Of a stretch of 20,000 nt of DNA, positions 16,583-20,000 are shown piece by piece. A program made the translations under genes and the position numbers. Within the stretch, counting starts at the first letter, position 1, and every line of letters begins with the position of its first letter. The stretch is from an uncultured virus (IMG/VR IMGVR_UViG_3300025652_000051) (Duplodnaviria > Heunggongvirae > Uroviricota > Caudoviricetes), in IMG/VR virus record IMGVR_UViG_3300025652_000051. One strand, written 5' to 3'. The notes beneath the pieces were generated by a model. The model saw only the letters and a list, made by a program, of their open reading frames with translations. It was not told the origin of the DNA and did no database searches.

Positions 16583-17173
16583 ATGGATAAACTAACTAAC
16601 GAGCAGTGGGAAAGATACGAAGCCAAGTATGGAAAGTTGATGCATAGTATATCTCTGAAAATTTCAGGTGATAAAATGACAGCTTCCCCTGAGGATAACT
16701 ATTCGGAGCTTTGTATAGCTGCTCTTGAGTCTATAAACGGGTTCTTCAAGAAGACTGGGCTAACATTCGATGAGTCCTTTGATACTAAGCTATTTGATCA
16801 ATACACGAAAACGGTATTGTGGAATAGGAAGGCTAAAAAGGGAATCCCATTATCAAAGAAGATGGACTTCAGAAAGAAGAATAAGTCTTTAGATGCACCA
16901 ATGTTTTCCAATAGTGAAGCTTCCTTAGCCCATTTGATTGAGGATCCTAGATCTCATATCGATGTCTCTTCTGTAGACTTCAATGATTTTATGAAGGATC
17001 AGAATGATGATGTTAAGACGGTTATGAATGCTGTACTTAAAGATCCTTCCTTGCTATCTAAGCAAGGGTTTATTAAGACTAGCGCGATTTGCAGGTCAAC
17101 ACCTTTGAGTATTCACTTTGTAAACCAAGCTGTGGACAAAATTAAGAGTATCATGAAGGGGTACAATGACTAG
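16583..17173 (+). CDS. Sigma70-family-like RNA polymerase sigma factor (regions 2 and 4 only)
   Basis: KYGKLMHSIS, EDNYSELCIAALESINGF, FDQYTKTVLWN (region 2), SLDAPM...LAHLIED linker, C-terminal HTH-like segment. Start may be 16574. Confidence 0.6.
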   Translation: MDKLTNEQWERYEAKYGKLMHSISLKISGDKMTASPEDNYSELCIAALESINGFFKKTGLTFDESFDTKLFDQYTKTVLWNRKAKKGIPLSKKMDFRKKNKSLDAPMFSNSEASLAHLIEDPRSHIDVSSVDFNDFMKDQNDDVKTVMNAVLKDPSLLSKQGFIKTSAICRSTPLSIHFVNQAVDKIKSIMKGYND

Positions 17174-17375
17174 AGATGAATTTCTAGATACTGCCGTCAG
17201 CCAGTCTTTAAAGAAGTATCGTAGCATATCTCCCTGGCCGTATATGGCAGAGTTTGTACCGGGAACTATGCTAGACTTTGAATCTTACAATTCTTTTGAT
17301 GTACTGTCTTTTGAATTGATGGCTATATCCGCTAGGAAAAAATATGGTTTCACCGACGAATCTAGTAAAGATTGA
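17166..17375 (+). CDS. Hypothetical protein
   Basis: Overlaps the sigma stop, AAGGG upstream. Confidence 0.55.
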   Translation: MTRDEFLDTAVSQSLKKYRSISPWPYMAEFVPGTMLDFESYNSFDVLSFELMAISARKKYGFTDESSKD

Positions 17376-18072
17376 GGAGTATCTTGAGCATCTATTTGAT
17401 GTTCACGATATTGATATTGGAAAAACTACTGACCTACCAGTGGCTGAGTCCATAGACAAGCTAATTAGTTTAGTTTGCAAACGATTCAACCTCAACGTAG
17501 TGTCCAAGGATGGAACTACTAGAATAGTTCTTAAGTCTCCTAGGTCTAAGACCGTTATCAAGATAGGTATGCCTTGGAACAATCAACCTGAATACTCACT
17601 TTACAAGGCTCTAGAGCATTCTTCATTGGGTGATCTGTTTGCTGAGTGTATACAGATCAGCCCCAAGGGTTATGTTCTAGAGATGGAGTATATAAGTAAG
17701 CCTTTTCCCTCTGCAAAAGGGGATTATCATTGGGTCAATCCTTCTTTAAATAAGATTAGGAATGAATTAGAGAAGCACTTCTCATTTATTAAGGGTTATA
17801 ACACTTACAATTGGGGTGCAGACTTTCATGAAGATAACATGAGGATGGATTCCTTCGGGGACATAAAGCTTGTTGATTACAGTAGTTTACTGTCAGACAT
17901 GTTCTTTAGACGTAAATCCACCACCGTAAAGTCTGCTATTAAAGGAGTTCTCAAGTTAGACTTTCCAAAGGTTAAGTTAAACTTGTATTGCAGAGACAGA
18001 GTTATATACTACACCAACAATACGAAGCTAATGAAGGCTGACATAGACTATGTATCTAAGGAGTCTTATTAG
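17344..18072 (+). CDS. Protein-kinase-like fold enzyme (atypical Ser/Thr kinase or small-molecule kinase)
   Basis: GTTRIV P-loop, VIK lysine, NQPE helix-C Glu, LEMEYI hinge, DFHEDN catalytic loop, LVDYS metal-binding loop. Confidence 0.7.
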   Translation: MVSPTNLVKIEEYLEHLFDVHDIDIGKTTDLPVAESIDKLISLVCKRFNLNVVSKDGTTRIVLKSPRSKTVIKIGMPWNNQPEYSLYKALEHSSLGDLFAECIQISPKGYVLEMEYISKPFPSAKGDYHWVNPSLNKIRNELEKHFSFIKGYNTYNWGADFHEDNMRMDSFGDIKLVDYSSLLSDMFFRRKSTTVKSAIKGVLKLDFPKVKLNLYCRDRVIYYTNNTKLMKADIDYVSKESY

Positions 18073-18087
18073 GTGTAGTATCCGTAT

Positions 18088-18164
18088 GGCGCATTAACTC
18101 AGTTGGTTAGAGTGCGGGTCTTATATGCCTGAAGTCGTTGGTTCAAGTCCAACATGCGCTACCA
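18088..18164 (+). tRNA. tRNA-Ile(UAU)
   Basis: Acceptor GGCGCAT/ATGCGCT, D arm ACTC/GAGT, anticodon arm CGGGT-CT TAT AT-GCCTG, T arm GTTGG-TTCAAGT-CCAAC, A73, encoded CCA. Confidence 0.92.
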
Positions 18165-18266
18165 AGCAGTATAGTAATAAAGGTAAAATACTCCCATATG
18201 CACCGTCAGCGGCCTAATACCTTAGAGCAGGGAGAGATACTGGTTCAAGTCCAGTTACTGCTACCA
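18165..18266 (+). ncRNA. tRNA-like RNA with a 34-nt structured insert in place of the anticodon loop
   Basis: Perfect acceptor AGCAGTA/TACTGCT, U8-A9, D-loop GG, stem CTCCC/GGGAG, T arm ACTGG-TTCAAGT-CCAGT, ACCA end. The loop at 18196-18229 is 34 nt instead of 7. Confidence 0.8.
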
Positions 18267-18281
18267 TTTTATTCAAACTAG

Positions 18282-18289
18282 TATAAATA
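18282..18289 (+). promoter_or_regulatory. T4-type late promoter consensus
   Basis: Exact TATAAATA in an intergenic gap, 13 nt before ATG 18303. Confidence 0.5.
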
Positions 18290-18302
18290 GATAAAAGAAA
18301 TC

Positions 18303-18434
18303 ATGTTTATGAATATTGCAAGACAGATGGGAGATCCTAATTTTTATGAAAAATTTGGTTATGCAGTTGCTGTGGGATCTCTCTGTCTTTTATTTCAACT
18401 GTATTGTGTTTATCTGATGACAAGGGGTCTATAA
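18303..18434 (+). CDS. 43-aa single-pass membrane protein (absent from the ORF track)
   Basis: MFMNIARQMGDPNFYEKFGYAVAVGSLCLLFQLYCVYLMTRGL*. TAATG coupling to the next ORF. Confidence 0.6.
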   Translation: MFMNIARQMGDPNFYEKFGYAVAVGSLCLLFQLYCVYLMTRGL

Positions 18435-18592
18435 TGAAATCAGAAGACTTCATAAGTCGCATAGAAGACCTTAAGTCTCAGAATCCAGATGATGATATGG
18501 AGATTGTTGTGTTCGATGATAGCAAGAGGTATGTAGAGCCTGTTGCTACTATCTTGCATGTCCAAGGTGTTAAAAAAATAGTAATAATGTAG
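18434..18592 (+). CDS. Hypothetical 52-aa protein
   Basis: ATG 18434 with AAGGGG upstream and TAATG overlap (track start 18404 is less likely). Confidence 0.62.
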   Translation: MKSEDFISRIEDLKSQNPDDDMEIVVFDDSKRYVEPVATILHVQGVKKIVIM

Positions 18593-18600
18593 GAGATATA

Positions 18601-18861
18601 ATGGCTGGTAAGGGAGATAAGCGTAGACAGGGAGATAGCGAAAAGCTAATTTCAAATTGGGATCGTATCTTTAATAAAGGTAAGAAGAGTAGTAAAGTTG
18701 ATACCTCTGAGGTAGAGCCTTACCATATTCAGAATGCTCGCCACCTAAAGATGAAGGATATTGCTCTTCAAGAGAAGAAGGCAGAGGAAAAGCGTAGGCG
18801 TGAGCAAGAACTATTCGACCGTTTAGATAGAGAGGTTGAAGAAGAGAATAAGAGCAAGTAA
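18601..18861 (+). CDS. Hypothetical charged protein
   Basis: AGGAG SD. N-terminal GKGDKRR...NWDRIF pattern that I recall from small phage proteins of unknown function. Confidence 0.72.
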   Translation: MAGKGDKRRQGDSEKLISNWDRIFNKGKKSSKVDTSEVEPYHIQNARHLKMKDIALQEKKAEEKRRREQELFDRLDREVEEENKSK

Positions 18862-18877
18862 GCTCTTCCGTGTTTCT

Positions 18878-18960
18878 GCCAGATTTGTGGTGTTTTTTCA
18901 ACATCGCATTGCGTATTAAACCAGTGTGTAGGTATATTATACTCGCACCACAAATCTGGC
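18878..18960. repeat. Perfect 15-bp inverted repeat with a 53-nt spacer
   Basis: GCCAGATTTGTGGTG (18878-18892) and CACCACAAATCTGGC (18946-18960). Confidence 0.95.
18909..18938 (+). promoter_or_regulatory. Sigma70-like promoter for tRNA-Leu, inside the inverted repeat
   Basis: TTGCGT-18 nt-TATATT, with overlapping TATTAT and TATACT alternatives. TATAAT on the minus strand at 18936-18941. Confidence 0.45.
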
Positions 18961-18964
18961 TTTT

Positions 18965-19040
18965 GGTCCGGTAGCCCAAGGGCAGAGGCAACAGACTTAA
19001 AATCTGTACAGTGTGGGTTCGAATCCCACTCGGACTACCA
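18965..19040 (+). tRNA. tRNA-Leu(UAA), short variable loop
   Basis: Acceptor GGTCCGG/TCGGACT, D stem GCC/GGC, anticodon arm ACAGA-CT TAA AA-TCTGT, 5-nt variable loop, T arm GTGGG-TTCGAAT-CCCAC, ACCA. Confidence 0.92.
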
Positions 19041-19092
19041 TTAATTTTAAGAATCGACACTTTGTTGATTCAGTTTTGAAAGGGTTAGTAAA

Positions 19093-19752
19093 ATGAAAAA
19101 AACAGTAAATAGTAGTGATTTCAGCGAGTGGAGTGAGGGCGAGGAGATGTTCTTTCCGTTAGCAGATAGGAGTAAGTCTACTACCTACTCCCATAACGGT
19201 GTTAAAACATCAGGGGGATCTCAGTGTAAGCTTTTGACTTGGGGTAGTAAATGTAACTACGATTCGTATGATTTCGATAAAATGCAATTAAGTGTGCTTA
19301 AAATTAGGAGACTTTATAGAGAGGAGACTGGAAGTACTATTAGGGGTATGGTGAGAAGTAAGTTCGCTGAGAAGTTAGGATTTTCCAGTGGTCCGTCAAC
19401 AGACTGGCAACGTAAGTGGCTTAAACTAGTAGATCATAGAGTAGTTGATGTATTTAAGACTTTTGAATTGTGGATCAAGATTGCAAAATCCCAAGAGGAG
19501 GCAAGGAACAATAAAGAAAAGGAGGTAAGGAACAATAAAGAAAAGGAGGATTCAAAAGAGAAAAAGCTTGTATTTAAAAAGCCTTCAGGTGATGTTGATA
19601 GGATCCCTATCCATATTGGTTACACTAGACTAGAAGTTGATCACATGTTAGCTAAGTTGAAGAGTGAATTGATGGAAGAAATAAAGTTCCGTTCGCACTC
19701 TAAAATTAACCGTCAAGGTAGCTTTCAAGACCATCTAAATAGCAAACGATGA
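19093..19752 (+). CDS. Hypothetical protein with a possible helix-turn-helix
   Basis: 219-aa ORF. RSKFAEKLGFSSGPSTDWQ resembles an HTH. ATGA coupling to the SET gene. Confidence 0.6.
   Translation: MKKTVNSSDFSEWSEGEEMFFPLADRSKSTTYSHNGVKTSGGSQCKLLTWGSKCNYDSYDFDKMQLSVLKIRRLYREETGSTIRGMVRSKFAEKLGFSSGPSTDWQRKWLKLVDHRVVDVFKTFELWIKIAKSQEEARNNKEKEVRNNKEKEDSKEKKLVFKKPSGDVDRIPIHIGYTRLEVDHMLAKLKSELMEEIKFRSHSKINRQGSFQDHLNSKR
19498..19549 (+). repeat. In-frame 24-bp tandem duplication
   Basis: gaggcaaggaacaataaagaaaag / gaggtaaggaacaataaagaaaag / gagg, one mismatch, encoding E(A/V)RNNKEK twice. Confidence 0.9.
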
Positions 19753-20000
19753 CATATAATCCCCTACCCTCTTACCTGACCATTAAAGAATCCAGTGTTC
19801 ATGGGTTGGGGTTATTTGCAACTAAACGCATCCTAAAGGGTCAGTTTATAGGAACGTCACATTACATTAGTAATCATGGAAGCCTCCTTAGAACGCCTTT
19901 GGGAGGCTTCTACAACCACTCTGATGACCCTAACGTCATTGCAAGATTAGCCCCAAGCAGTTACAAGCAACATGGCATGAGATTTGTAGATATGAAGGCT
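19749..20000 (+). CDS. SET-domain protein-lysine methyltransferase, 3'-truncated by the window edge (absent from the ORF track)
   Basis: Hand translation MTYNPLPSYLTIKESSVHGLGLFATKRILKGQFIG...RTPLGGFYNHSDDPNV..., giving SET motif I (G.GLFA) and the NHS..PN motif. Confidence 0.85.
   Translation, partial: MTYNPLPSYLTIKESSVHGLGLFATKRILKGQFIGTSHYISNHGSLLRTPLGGFYNHSDDPNVIARLAPSSYKQHGMRFVDMKA

Noticed and set aside
18206..18224. The tRNA-mimic insert contains TCA, CTA and TTA, the three stop-suppressor anticodons
   Set aside because: None sits in a 7-nt loop after a U33, two lie within a stem, and trinucleotides occur easily by chance. All three stop codons terminate genes normally here, so there is no sign of recoding.
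18165..18266. tmRNA, tRNA-Sec or group I intron interpretation
   Set aside because: No G3-U70 or tag ORF, a 7-bp acceptor with a 4-nt variable loop, and an insert far too short for a self-splicing intron.
18671..19060. 129-aa and 61-aa minus-strand ORFs
   Set aside because: Antisense to tRNA-Leu, the inverted repeat and a gene with a strong SD. No protein features.
19879..19910. 9-bp inverted repeat gaagcctcc/ggaggcttc
   Set aside because: Lies inside the SET coding region with a 14-nt loop and no U-tract. Could be chance.
1..20000. Bacterial chromosome LPS locus, CRISPR array, integrase or IS element
   Set aside because: gp32, UvsY and UvsX, dense small ORFs and CCA-encoding tRNAs indicate a phage. 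No repeat-spacer array, transposase or recombinase was seen.

Overview
This is a 20-kb, gene-dense, AT-rich segment of a large T4-like (myovirus or jumbo-type) phage, almost entirely on the + strand and read in the standard genetic code. It carries the T4-type recombination trio (UvsY, gp32 SSB, UvsX/RecA). A 12-gene, ~8.8-kb glycan cluster lies between gp32 and uvsX: 7 glycosyltransferase-like genes, 2 SAM methyltransferases, a DUF6165-like gene, a beta-propeller glycosidase-like gene and a GDP-mannose 3,5-epimerase. Next come MazG and a DenV-like glycosylase, then a probable host-takeover block: a single-module Clp ATPase with an LGF ClpP-docking loop, a sigma-like factor, a protein-kinase-like enzyme and a SET-domain methyltransferase running off the right end. 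The tRNA region holds the most unusual signals. There is a tRNA-Ile(UAU) and a short-arm tRNA-Leu(UAA). A 102-nt tRNA-shaped RNA is fused with no spacer to tRNA-Ile, and its anticodon loop is replaced by a 34-nt branched domain. A promoter-like segment bracketed by a perfect 15-bp inverted repeat sits just before tRNA-Leu. Several transcription units appear leaderless (-10 box, 6-8 nt, ATG). All family calls come from motif recognition by eye; no database search was run.
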